From assembly GCA_028534125.1 (NCBI GenBank), contig CM052816.1:96102001-96166000 (forward strand): a stretch of 64,000 bases of DNA. Reading direction: 5' to 3'. The notes under the pieces were generated by a model that searched no databases, was not told the origin of the DNA, and saw only the letters and a program-made list of their open reading frames with translations. Origin of the DNA: Lama glama. Taxonomy: Eukaryota. Both the position numbers and the translations under genes were made by a program. Of the stretch, positions 52,258 through 64,000 are shown piece by piece (position 1 is the stretch's first letter; every line of letters begins with the position of its first letter).

Positions 52258-53999
52258 ATGTGTCACTCGGTGTTTTAAGGTATCTTACTTGGGCTTGTCC
52301 TGATGTTCTAAACTCTGACTGCACAGATGCTGGTCCCTACCACCAAGGAAACAAGATGTTTTTATATCTTTGAAAAAAATATAATACATACTTGATTATT
52401 GAATGCATTCTATTGTGTTGTACCTGCTTTGCTTTTGAATAAACATTCCTGTCCATTTCTGAATTTATGCTTCACTTGCAGCCTCAAACACTAAATTGAA
52501 GATGCATGAATATTTTTCTTAGTCATGGGTATCGTTTAGTTTCAAGAAATGAAGTCAGGAAATTTCTGTAAGTCGATAGCAAACACTGTCTGACAATCAC
52601 AGGCTGCAGACAAATGGAGAGGTCCATTTCATTTACCTAAAATGCATTTCTACTTCTATTTCAGAAGTGGCCCCAGTACCTGACATAACTGTTGAATGAT
52701 GAGCATGCTCAAAATTCTTTGGTCTGCTTTCTTTTTCCTTATTTGTGTGCCTCTCCCGAAATGCTGACACAAACAGATAAGCCAATGTACCAGGAAAACC
52801 CATTGTTTCAAATTTAAGTAATGAATTTCTTGTTTGGGTGAGGGATTATGCATTCTGGAAGCCCAAGTCTCCCAATTATGTAGGGGCCAAGGAAAAATGA
52901 ATATCAAGGGAGAAATATAAGTTAAAAAATGTGAATCGCATTGGCCTACCATGCTCTGGAGTGAATGAACTGAAACTCTTGATTTGGTGGCTCTTTAACA
53001 TGTGAGCCATTTGTCATCCTGAATTTATTAGACAGAGTAACTATATGCCCATCAAACTCTCCTTCTGCTATTCTTCCTGAGTAGCTAACCTTTTAGGGTT
53101 TATGTGTTATTTCTTCATTAAGTCACAATATTTAATCTGTTTGCATCATTTCTTACTAATCTGGGGACTACTCAGCATCTTTCAAATGATAGGATGTGAT
53201 GTCTCTTATGGTCTTATGTAGACTGACTGTACAGTTTAGCTCTTGAAGCTCACTCTGTTTTCAAGTTTTGAGGGTATTCAGTTATTGTTTATATATTTTC
53301 TGGGGGACATAGAGTCAAATTGGCCACATAGGAGTTCCCTATTAGAAGTAGTCTATTTAATAAGAAAATGGATATGACTATACATGGAACTGTGTTAATA
53401 TTTGCAGTACAAAGACCTTGTAAAGTCTTCTGCTGAAAAATTTCAATTATCATTTGAATAAACGAGTACTGAAATCAACAGTAGTCTTAAGGGTTAGCCA
53501 TCAGTTTCTGGTTTAAGAAAGAGAGAACCCGCATACTGACTTTCCATCCATCAAAACATAGCATTTACATGACAATAAAGGTATATGAAAGGAAAGATTA
53601 TACGAATGATTATATGAATGCTAGAAATGGAATCATATATATGTATGTATATGTACATGTGTATATGTATATATATGCATATGTGTGTGTATACATATAC
53701 CCCAAATTTAAAGCTTGTTTGAAAAATAGACTTTTGGAAATTTAGAAAGATACAATAACAGAAAACTGCAATCCAAAGCATGATGGTAAAAGCCGAGATA
53801 AAATCAAGACTAATTACTTCAGGTGAATCAGTAATAGCCCAAGAACTATGATAGGACATTGAAGAAATATCAAGTATTACATTCAATGAGGTTCAAGAAA
53901 TTATTGCACTTACTCAGTGAGAAATGGAAGATTGAATACTCAGGGTGATCTCAGTCCTTTCCCAGCACATCATTTTGAGTATATAAGACATATTTTTAA

Positions 54000-55330
54000 A
54001 TGTTGCAATCCCACAGGAATAAGCAAAATGGGAAAGAAGATAAAACTGTTTCACCTTTAACTAGAGGTTGAGCCTTGAGTTGAATGGCTGCTGCTCAGAA
54101 AGAGAACCCAGCAGATATTCTGGCAGTCACACGCAGGTGTAGTCATAAGTTAAAGATTTAATGGGCTTCAGCCACATGGCTAATTTTTCCTTTGAAGATG
54201 ATTGCCAAAATTTGATGATGCATAAGCCTTGTGGCTAAAGATCTGAACTGAAACAGAGAAGAATGAATCTCCCACGATGTGAAGGGACCAAGGAGCTAAA
54301 TAGCCATCCGTTTCCTGATGGACCCTGGAACACCTGCCCAAGAAACAAGGATAAATCCAAAATACATTTAATCTCTCCAGGCTGCACCTCAGTCCTGACA
54401 TCTTGGTCCCTGAATGGATTGAGATAATCGAGCCCTGCCTTCACCCTCCCCACCCATGCCTCAAGTCTGCTCAATGGAAGAACAAAGCACCTCTTTCTGA
54501 AGGGAGACTCCCGGGTGGAAGTAGCATGCTCTGAACTCTCCACAGTTCTTCTATCCACAGTAACCAGCATGCAGTAAGATATTCTAGATGTGTGAAAACA
54601 CAAGATCTCATGATGGATAAATTAGCAAAAAATAGGCAATATAATTAAACTCATAGATGATCAGGTTAGCATAGTTATCAGAAAATGATGTCAAATAACT
54701 ATAATTAGTATATCCAAAAATGTAGAGGAAAATTTGGACATAATTGATTGAAGAATGGGGAATTTCACCTGTAAATTAGAAGCTATAAAAAGATATCAAA
54801 TGGACATTCTAAAATTTTAAAGAGGCAAATAATATCTGAAATATAGGATTAAATTAATGATCTTAGCATATTATTTATACTCAAATATTGAACTGGTAGA
54901 CTTGAAGACAAATTGGCAGAAAATATCTAAACTGAGGTACAGAGAGGCACTAGGGGGAAAATACTTAAAAGTGAGAGACAAAAATGACACATTCAAAACT
55001 CTGTCTCACATATGATTTGAGTCTCAAAAGGAGAAGAGAGAGAACAAAGCAGTAGCTGTATTTATAGTAATTATTTCTAAGACTTTTTTAAAAATGATTA
55101 AACAAATTCATCAGATTAAGAAATTCAGTAAACCCCAAATATGATAAATAGTATAAAACCACATCTAGACCCATGATAGCCAAACTGATGAAAACCAATG
55201 ACAAAGAGAAATAGCTTTAAAGTAAACCAGAGAGGGGAGGAAAAAGACACATAATCTTCAATGGAGTGAAAATAAGAATTACAGCTGATTTTTCAACAGA
55301 AGCTATGGGGAAACCAGAAGGTAATGGAAG
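54000..55330 (+). mobile_element. Old L1M 5' UTR/ORF1 remnant
   Basis: ORF1-like motifs aaccacatctagacccatgatagccaaactgatgaaaaccaatgacaaagagaaa and aataagaattacagctgatttttcaacagaagctatg; frame broken by stops. Confidence 0.7.
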
Positions 55331-56299
55331 AAGCAGCTAGATGCCCAGATATCCCTCACTGTGTGCAGTGACACAGGTACTCCTGTGTCATACTGAAAGA
55401 AAACAGAGGTTTAATTTGGAAGATGAAAAACTTGGAGGTGCATTTGGACTAGGGCATCCAGAAACAGTTTAACTCTCATTTTTAAAAAACACAGAAATTA
55501 AGTATAAGTCTGTTGAGTGAGATCCCAACAGCTCTCCACTGAATGTGAAGTGCTCTTCGCATATTTTGTATGGACTTTGAGAATACACTTTTGTTAACTA
55601 GAATTTTAAAGTTACTGACATTCGTAGTCACTTCACTACAAAAAATATCACGTCACATAGAGCAACAGGCATTGATGACTACTAGTCTACAAAGCAATTC
55701 ATGTACCCAGCTCTAGTTTTCTTTACAGTTCCAATTATGAGAATCAGTAGTGAAACAAACTGAACAAGAAACTGGGAGGAAGTAGAGAGAAGTAGTTATC
55801 ACTAATGTCTTTTGAAATTAGAGAAGCCATTGCATCCATGAAACAAGGAAAAATAAGTGATTCCGTTTATTTAAAAAGGCCTTTGTAGATTATTTTTAAA
55901 ATATGACTATAAAAATGACATTGCCAATGGAAAGTCAGAAAATAAATTTGACAGAGTCTCCCTGAAAGTTGAACTAAAGACTAGAGAGATGGAAAATGAA
56001 GGAATATATGGGAACAGTATATGATTAATATGGTAGAGACTCCAAAACAAAGATGCCAACACAAGAGAGAGTGAGAAAACATTGCCCAGGATGAGGGCAA
56101 AGTAGGTAGTTGTGGAATAGTTGTGCTGCAGTTTTCAGGAGCAGGTTAAGCAGATGAAGCGGTTTCAGAACATATCTTTCCAGGAAGATAACAATAATGG
56201 AAGACCTGAGGTGTCTGAATATACTTGGAGAAAGTGCAGACTTAAGCTGGGCACTGGGGGACAGATGTGGTAAGTACATAGACAGAGAAACAAGAGACC

Positions 56300-56644
56300 T
56301 GCTGTAGAGTGAAAGTGTTCCCCCAAACTTCAGATGTTGGAACCTAACCCCCAGTATGATGGTGTTTGGAGGTGAGGTCTTGGGAGTTTGACAGGTTACA
56401 AGGGCAGAGCCCTCATGAAAGGGATCAGTAACTTCACAAAGGAGACCCCAGAGAGACCCCTTTCCTCTTCTATCACATGGGGCTGCAGCACCATTGTGAA
56501 CGAGGAATCTTGACCTCACTGGACACTAATATGCCAGTGTCTTGATCTTGGGCTTCCCAGCTTCCAGAACTGTGAGAAATAAATGTGTGTTCTTTGTAAA
56601 CCACCCAGTCTATTTGGTTACAGCAGCCCGGACAGACTAAGATA
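56300..56644 (+). mobile_element. MLT1A-type MaLR solo LTR
   Basis: 5-bp TSD agacc (56295-56299, 56645-56649); cttgatcttgggcttcccagcttccagaactgtgagaaataaatg. Confidence 0.9.
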
Positions 56645-58584
56645 AGACCATTATTAACACCAACAGAAAAAAGCAATATTGTTCTGAGGAGCATATCTTA
56701 TTTCATGGCACGTCTGTGAGTAGCCTCGTTATCCAAGCAGAATTATAATCAATCAATGCTAAGAGATTGGAGTTGGGAGAATGTGTATGTGAGGACGGAG
56801 GAGAGCGGTAGGTTGGAAAAGAGCCAGTAAATGATATTTTTAACTGAAACCATCAAGAAACAGCAGTGAAACCATATTATTTAGAGATTTGGAGATAAAT
56901 GCCAAAATGGACCAGTGAAAGAGTACAACAGTGTATTGACCCCAACGTAGACAGCTTACTTCAGTTTTCTGTGTTAAGCCTCATGGATGTCTTTATAAAT
57001 TAAGTGCATGTTTAACTTCAGTTAAAAAAATAATATAAAGAAGATATTGTACCCATAAAACATGAAGAGGCTGCCATGGGAAAGAGAAATCCATCATCAA
57101 GAAAGAATTCATAGAAATAAATATATAATGTCTCAGATACACAATTCATCTAAAAATATGCAAGGAGAAATTAAAGAGTTTCATAAAAATGAAAAAAGGA
57201 GATTTTTTTCTCTAAATCACAACAATAACAACTGGAAAGTGGTTAATTATAGGATGGTTGTTTTTATCAGCAGGAAATGTAGAAATACAATTAGAAAGTC
57301 TATGGGAAAATAAAGATAAATAATGAATATACAAGAAGAATGTACTGCAAATATAAAACAAATTTGGGATGATGTTTAGTATAAGAAAGTGAAAGCAACA
57401 AATGCAGATGGAATGTAAAGACCGCAGTCTTTATTTGTGTATAATTTCTTAGGATTTATTGTAGTTTGGGACACAATCCATTTTCAATAATTGAAAATTT
57501 CCCCAACAACTGCTTTTCCTTTTCTAAATGGGATATTTGCTTGATAAATGCTCATCTTCTAACTTCTCTATTTCTTTGGGAATCAGGCTAAAAGCAAGCT
57601 TAAGATTTTTAAAATTGACTCCATTTCAAAATATTTTATACAGGATTTCTTAAACTTTGTAATTATCAAGAATTGGTTTTTATTCGTTTGTTTTGAGTCT
57701 TCTTAAATAGCCGATCCGAGTTTTACCAATTGGAAACATAAACATGTTGTATAAAGAAACATGTGATTAAAAAAACTACCTTAATGACCTCAGCGTCTAC
57801 ATATTTAAAACTTTTTTCTTTAATTTAGTGGTACCTTTTAATAATGTTTTAGGAGTTTACATGTATGGTGAAGAAATATGAAATTCAGGTATTCCTTCAA
57901 TTTGATTTTCAAGTTCTTTTCATTTTTATATTTAAGTTATATTTAGTATCTGAAATAAGTAAATTAACCAGTGCTCATCTCTCATTCACCTTTTTATACT
58001 TTACTATAATTTTCCAAATTGTCTGCCATATATGTATTATTTTTAGTAACTTCAAAGGCTAATGAATTTAAATAGAGTCATGAAAGAAAAGAAAATAGGC
58101 AACATTTTACAACCTGATTTCAAAACTTCTTGCCATATTATCATTAGAGTTTCTAGAGGGGTCCCTTCCTGTCCCTCTCAGCCTGAGCCTAGTAGGAGTC
58201 AGAGAGAAAATGCTGAAAGAACGGTTCCTTATCTTCTTTTCCACCATCAGCATGGTTCCCTGCTGTGCTAGTATGTGAGCTTCAGGTCTCTAAACTGCAC
58301 AGCAGCTGGCTCTGTCGCAGTTCTAAAGCTTCGGCTTTGTCTAGATGTGGTTGACATTAATGTCACGGCAGCTTGGTAACCTGGGATCTGGGATCGTGCT
58401 TTTATGATCATTGCGAATCTGCTCTGAGGAACAGCCCAGAATGAATATGAAACAGCCCAGAACAGGACATGAAAATGAGAATGAAATTAAATGGTATGTG
58501 CACCACTATCAGTTTCTTAGTCCCACCGTAAAGGTAAAGCAGGTATGAGAGTCCATCTGGCTTATGTGGCTGTTCAAATACATG

Positions 58585-58799
58585 TAGTTGACCCTTGGAC
58601 AACATGGGTTTGAAATGTGCACGTTCACCAGGTGTGGATTTTTTTTCAATAAATACGTCCTGCAATACTGCATGATCAGTGGTTGTTTGAATCTGAGAAT
58701 ACAGAACCGTGGATACAGGGGGTTGACTGTAAGGCTATTTGAGGATTTTTGACTGTGTGAGGGTTGGTGCCTCAAACCCCATCTTTCAAGGGTCCACTC
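58585..58799. mobile_element. MER8/Tigger2-derived TcMar MITE
   Basis: TIRs tagttgacccttggacaac ... ttcaagggtccactc; internal gaaccgtggatacaggggg. Confidence 0.8.
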
Positions 58800-58965
58800 T
58801 AATGACTTCCTAGTATCTAGAGAATCAACAACAGTAGGGTTAACTGAAAGAGCCCATGTTTTAGCCTTTAAGGGGCACCTGTCACTTGCCTTGCTTGTTT
58901 ATTTTTCTTCTGTGATTACCAGAACCTCACTCTCTGTGATTCTGGCAGTATCGCCAGTGACATGA

Positions 58966-59460
58966 TGTGGTGGGTTGAAAAACAGCCCCTCAAAAGATGC
59001 TGAATCTTTGGAACCTGTGAATGTAGTGAAGTTAGGCAAAAAATGTAGTGAAGTTAGGACTCTTGAGATGGGGAGGTTATCCTGAATTGTACGGGTAAGC
59101 CTTAAATGCATTCATAAGTGCACTTTTAAGAGTGAGGCGGAGGGGGGATTTGACACACACATTCAGAGAAGGAACTCACATGAAGATGGAGCAGAGGGAG
59201 ACTTGAAGAAGTTGTCCCTGAAGACTGGAGTGATGCAACCACAAGCCAAGGAGTATGGCAGCCACCATAAGCTGGATGAGGTAACGAGTTCTCCCCTGGA
59301 GCCTCTGGAGGGAGCCTGGCTCTGCTGACACACTGATTTTGATTCAATGATGCTGATTTCTGACTTCTGGTCTCCAAAACTCTTGAGAGAATAAAATTCT
59401 ATTCACTCAAGCCACCAAATGTATAGCAATTTATTACAGCAGCCATAGGAAAGTAATGCA
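58966..59460 (+). mobile_element. MLT1C/D-type MaLR LTR
   Basis: gagatggggaggttatcctg, ccacaagccaaggagtatggcagccacca, ttacagcagccataggaaagtaatgca. Confidence 0.85.
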
Positions 59461-60282
59461 TGTGGCCTCTATTTCTTATATCTTGCAGTCAGGTTGGTGA
59501 CCCAGGAAGCCAAATAAAAGTATCCCTTCTCTTTGGTCCAGGGCTCTGTAAACAACCTAAGGACAGCTAATTAGTGGCCTTAAAGGACTTTGAAATACGC
59601 CCTGAAAGAAACAGGGCTAATCTCTCCTTTGCCATCATGAGCTCAAAGGATGATGTCACCATGGGCTACTTGCAGCCACTTTGTCACTATGTGGTGTCTG
59701 TTGAAGAATAAGGCCCAGCAGAGGCTGCCATAACCAGGAATCAACACTGTTGAATTCTTGCGACACATTTGGAATCCCTGGGCTTGTCCACACTTACATC
59801 TGATCTGGGTTTCTCATATTGTACTTTCTACTTACATAATATTTTAAAACTTTTGCTTTTGGCTTAAACTAGTTGGAGTTGAGTTTTTATCACTGACACA
59901 GTGATAGAAGCAAGTCCTAAGGGCTTGGTTAAAGTGATTTTACTTCTGCCTGCTGTTAATATCAAAACTTCTCAAGACAGATTAGAATGCCAGAGTACGC
60001 TTACTTTGAGAAAACTGAGGCTTCTGAATCTGCTGCCTAAAATCTGTCACCCTTTGAGAAAATACACGGTCTTTACAGCGTTGGGTCTGATGCGTATACC
60101 GACTGTGATCTCTGTTTAGAAGAAACATTACCATGTTTGAGGGAGTCATTTAGCTATGAGAAACACACTTGGCTTATAAATACAGATCTCAGAGAATCCA
60201 CTTGGACATCACATTCAAACTGGGCAGTCCTGTTTGTTAGAGAGAATAAAAGTGAAGTCTGAACATACTGTCCTTGTGGTGG

Positions 60283-60722
60283 TGTATTCACTTCCTAGGG
60301 CTGCTGTAACAAAGTGCTGCAAATCTCGTGGCTTAAACCAAGAAAAATGTATTCCCTCACTGTTGTGGAGATCAGAGTCTAAAATCCACACACTTCCTCC
60401 GCAGGCTTTGGTGGAGCATCCTTCCTGTCTCTTCCAGCTTCTGGTGACCCGTGAGGAGGTTCTTGGCTTTTTGGTGCATCACTCCAATCTCTCCCTCTTC
60501 TTCATAAGGTCCTCTCCGTGTGTCATTGGCTCAAATCTCCCTCACCTTCCCCTTAGAAGGACACTTGTCGTTGGATTTAGGATCCATTTGATAATCTAGG
60601 ATGATCTCATCTTGAGGTCCTTAACGTAATTGGGTTTGCAAAGATCCTTTCTCCAAATAAGATCCCATTCCCAGGGTCTGGGTAGGTATGTCATTTTTGA
60701 GGCCACCTCTCAACCCAGTGCA
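60283..60722 (-). mobile_element. MLT1B/C-type MaLR LTR
   Basis: tgtattcacttcctagggctgctgtaacaaag ... aggatgatctcatcttgaggtccttaac; TSD ggtgg/ggtag. Confidence 0.85.
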
Positions 60723-60874
60723 GGTAGAGTTCAGGGAGTCTTTAGAAGATATCTTTCCAAATTTATGCGTCTTTGCTTCAAAGAGACCTGACCTATTTGT
60801 CATGCTCTCAGGCTTCTCCTTGTGTTACGGCTGCAAGATTTTTTTTAAAATGACTATTCCTGTTTCCTCTTTCT

Positions 60875-61087
60875 CAGGGCTTCTTCACCCCAGCATCATT
60901 CACATTTAGGTCTGAAAATTCTTTGTTTTGAGGGGGCTGCCCTGTGCACTGCAGGGTGTAGGATAGGGCAGCAGCCCTGACCTCTGTACACCAAATGCCA
61001 GCCCCACCTCGTCTCCCAGTCGTGCCGTCCCCAGACATTGCCTGGTGTCCCCTGGGGGGCAGAGTCGTCCCCACTAGAGAAATACGG
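60875..61087 (-). mobile_element. MER20 hAT MITE
   Basis: aattctttgttttgagggggctgccctgtgcactgcagg...ccagacattgcc...tgtcccctggggggcaga. Confidence 0.85.
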
Positions 61088-62999
61088 CTCTGTACCCACA
61101 TCGCCCAATGGTGATGATAAGTGTTTTCCGGCAGAAAGGCAAAGAGGTCGGAGAACAGGAAATCGGACAGCACAGAGACCAGTGGAAATCCTGCCTTTCC
61201 TGTAGCTGAAGTGGAGGGAATGGCTTTTCTCTGGCAAAACAAGTGGACCAAGGAAACCTGCTCTTCCGACCCTTTTCTGGGGTGGACGTGCCTTTGACGT
61301 ACAAGAGGTCGATGCCGTCAGAGAGCTTATTTGTCCTAACGCCCATCTCAGCGATACCCTGGAATACGACTCGTTGAGGATGATCACAGCTCAGCTTGGC
61401 CTGTTGCACCAGCAGGTGCTGTACGGTGTCCCCGAATCCCTGAGGCCAGTGCGGGAGCGCAGCGTCCCGGGAACACCTTCAGATTCAGCCGCGGGCATTG
61501 AGATGGTGGCGCTGCTTACTTTCTGGGTGTTGTTCCAGTGCAGCCGTGTGCCAGGGTGACAGCCTGGGGGCTTGGACTCCTCACCCCAGCTGCTTTCAGG
61601 AGCTCCCCTCCTGTTACGTTTCAGCTGCACTCGGGCATGCGTGGTCCAGCCCCCCAAGGGAAAAAGGAAGTGTGAAGCCTTGCTCTTCTCTCTGCCATTC
61701 TTGATAATCCCTGCCAAGTTTTCCTTATAAATATTCTTTGGCTTTTTATAGCTTGAGTTAGGAGAGCAAAGTGTTTCGAAGTTATGGCCTTCGTCCCAAA
61801 ACCTGTTTAAATGACAGGCGTTGACAGATGATGAAATTCTGCGAAAGGCTATGCCTAAGGGGAAGCTTAAAGTTGGCACCTGAGCCCCGCCCTGCCAAGG
61901 TCGACTAGGGTCATCGCCGGTGACACTCTTCTGCCCATTTCTCCCCCTCACTGCCCTCCCTCCCCATTCCGTCAGCCAGCTCCCAGCCCGAGACAGACCT
62001 GATGCTCATGCAAGGCCTGCTTGGAGAAAGTCCCCAGGGCAAGATGGACATTAATTAACCATTCCCAACTTTCCTGCCTCCTGAGTGTTGGCCTCGTCTC
62101 CGGCTGAATTCAGACCTCCTGTCTGTGTCTCCCCTTGCTGTTTCCCCTGATCAGACCCTCTGCCTTTGTCTATACCCCCTTCACATTGGCTCCTGGCATG
62201 TATTCTTTTACCTGCCCCGGTCCATGCCAGGCTGTTTCTTCATGCCAGGACGACTCTCCTGTCCCTGCTCTAACTTGCCATCCTCTGTTCCAGCAGGATG
62301 AGACTGGATGGACTAGTGATCTCCAAAGGGCCGTTCAGCTCTCAGATTCTGGGATTTGCACGTTCGTTTGCTGTGGGTGTCCCCTTCTTCTGAACGGTTA
62401 AGCTCACCACTGGTGTTTAATTAATATTAAGGATGCAGCAAATCTAGCTCGCTCTGCACCTTTAATGGCCAGTTAGCGGTGGGCTTGGCTTATCAAGCCT
62501 GTCCAAGTGGCTGACTGAAGAGATCCCGTGCTCCTAACAGCTCCATAAGGCAGGTTATTTACTTAGGCTAATGGCTTCCACTCAACAGTGGGCAGAGCAA
62601 AGACTGTGAGAGCTCATTACTAAAATATTATGGTAATGGTTTGAAAACCATCCAACAATGGGGCCATTTCAAAGTGTTTGAATATGACTCTCCTTTTTTT
62701 TTTTTAAACTAAAGATGTCACTTTGCATATGTAAAGCGGCAAAACAGTTAGCTACTATCACAGTCTTGAAAAAGAAACTGAATCAGAGATATTTTCCTTT
62801 AAAAGCCTTGCTCAAAATTCTGTGCCAAACAGAAAACAGAATTCTTAGTTAATAGTCTTTTAAAAATGGAATCAGTACAGCAGTAAAAAATGAAACTATG
62901 TAAATACTTTTTATTATTTATATACTTTTGCTTATTTGAAAGAACTTTTCAAAAGCCTTTCCAGAAAAAGACTGTATTGTGATGCTTTGATTCTAAGCA

Positions 63000-63479
63000 T
63001 CTCGTCAGTTTACTAAGGCTGCCGGAAACAGACGAACACAAACCGAGTGTTTTAAACAACAGGAATCCATTACCTCATGGGTCTGGAGCCCAGAAATCTG
63101 AAATCAAGGTGTCAGCAGGGCAGTGCTCTCCCTGCAGGCACCAGGGGAAGTCCTTCTTTGCTTCTTCCAGCCTCTGGTGTTTGCACCAGTCCTTGGCCTT
63201 CCCTGGCTTGGAGCTGTCACCCCAGCCACGTGGCCACCTTCTCCCTGTGTGACTTCACGTCAGCTTCCCTCTGGGCTTATCCATCTCAGTGTCCAAATGT
63301 CCCCTTTTCATAGGACGCCAGTAATACTGGATTAGGGACGACCGTAGTGACCTCATCAGAACTTGATCACTTCTATAAAAACCTCACTTCCAAGTCAGAT
63401 CACATTCTGAGGTACTGGGGGTTAGGATTTCAACATATCTTTTTTGCAGGGGGAGGGGGACACCATTCAACCTTTAGCA
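63000..63479 (-). mobile_element. MLT1B/C-type MaLR LTR
   Basis: tctgaaatcaaggtgtcagcagggc...cacattctgaggtactgggggttaggatttcaacatatctttt. Confidence 0.85.
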
Positions 63480-63544
63480 ATGTCAGTGTCATTTTTAATG
63501 AAAGATGACATTTTGGTCACCCAAATTTATATCTATATATTATT

Positions 63545-63705
63545 TATTTACTTTAAATTTTTATTTATTTTTAATACCTTTATTGTGGTATGGTTCCTAC
63601 AAACTACACATATTTCAGATGTACAATTTGATGAATTTTGATAGATGTATATGCCTATGACACCACCACCAGTCGAGATAGCCAGCATTTCCTTTACTCC
63701 CCAAG
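63545..63705 (-). mobile_element. Old L1M 3' end
   Basis: ctttattgtggtat...tgtacaatttgatgaattttgatagatgtata...caccaccaccagtcgagata. Confidence 0.7.
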
Positions 63706-64000
63706 AGGTGTATATATATTCTTTAATCCCGCATGTGGATGTGCACACACGTGCGCATGTGTGTATATGTGCACACACAAGTAAATAGATAACCCCCTCC
63801 AGTGGAATAGTTTAGTTGATGGTATGGAATTTAGAAAAGAAGTATTTTTTAAGTTGAATTAGTCACTTTACAACATTTGGCTGTTATTAGATATTTTTAG
63901 TAATCACCATGCCACCTCGTTTTTCATCTCTTTCCCACAGCCCCTTCGCTTCTTTATAGTGGAGCATCCAGTGATGCTGGTTGTCGTCTGTGACAGTTCA

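Noticed and set aside
56025..56694. 164-aa and 73-aa minus-strand ORFs
   Set aside because: Overlap the MLT1A LTR; repeat-derived.
60874..61951. Overlapping minus-strand ORFs (111-186 aa)
   Set aside because: Partly MER20-derived, GC-rich, no recognisable domain.
1..64000. Further SEMA5A exons (signal-peptide exon; AVEWECDE... exon), CRISPR arrays, operons or other prokaryote-type systems
   Set aside because: Neighbouring exon peptides were not found, so they presumably lie outside the window. No regularly spaced repeat-spacer arrays or dense gene structure; the sequence is mammalian intron.

Overview
Mammalian genomic DNA, most likely a camelid (alpaca/llama/camel), judged from tRNA-Ala-derived Vic-1-type SINEs and cetartiodactyl-type L1 3' ends. 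The window lies entirely inside the SEMA5A (semaphorin-5A) gene on the + strand. It holds two small internal coding exons of the N-terminal Sema region: 27412-27511 (100 bp, EIGPWLREFRAKNAVDFSQLTFDPGQKELVVGAR) and 43036-43081 (46 bp, NYLFRLQLEDLSLIQ), joined in frame across a 15,524-bp GT-AG phase-2 intron. The rest is intron filled with ordinary interspersed repeats (L1, L2, MIR, MaLR/ERV LTRs, hAT and Tigger MITEs) and microsatellites. All other ORFs in the track look spurious or repeat-derived. I found no credible novel biological system. The most notable local structures are two 5'-inverted (twin-primed) L1 insertions with target-site duplications, two lineage-specific SINE insertions, an unexplained exact 20-bp direct repeat flanking the second exon, and CpG/GC-enriched patches that overwrite old repeats. 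Repeat family names are recalled from consensus sequences, not searched, and repeat boundaries are approximate.
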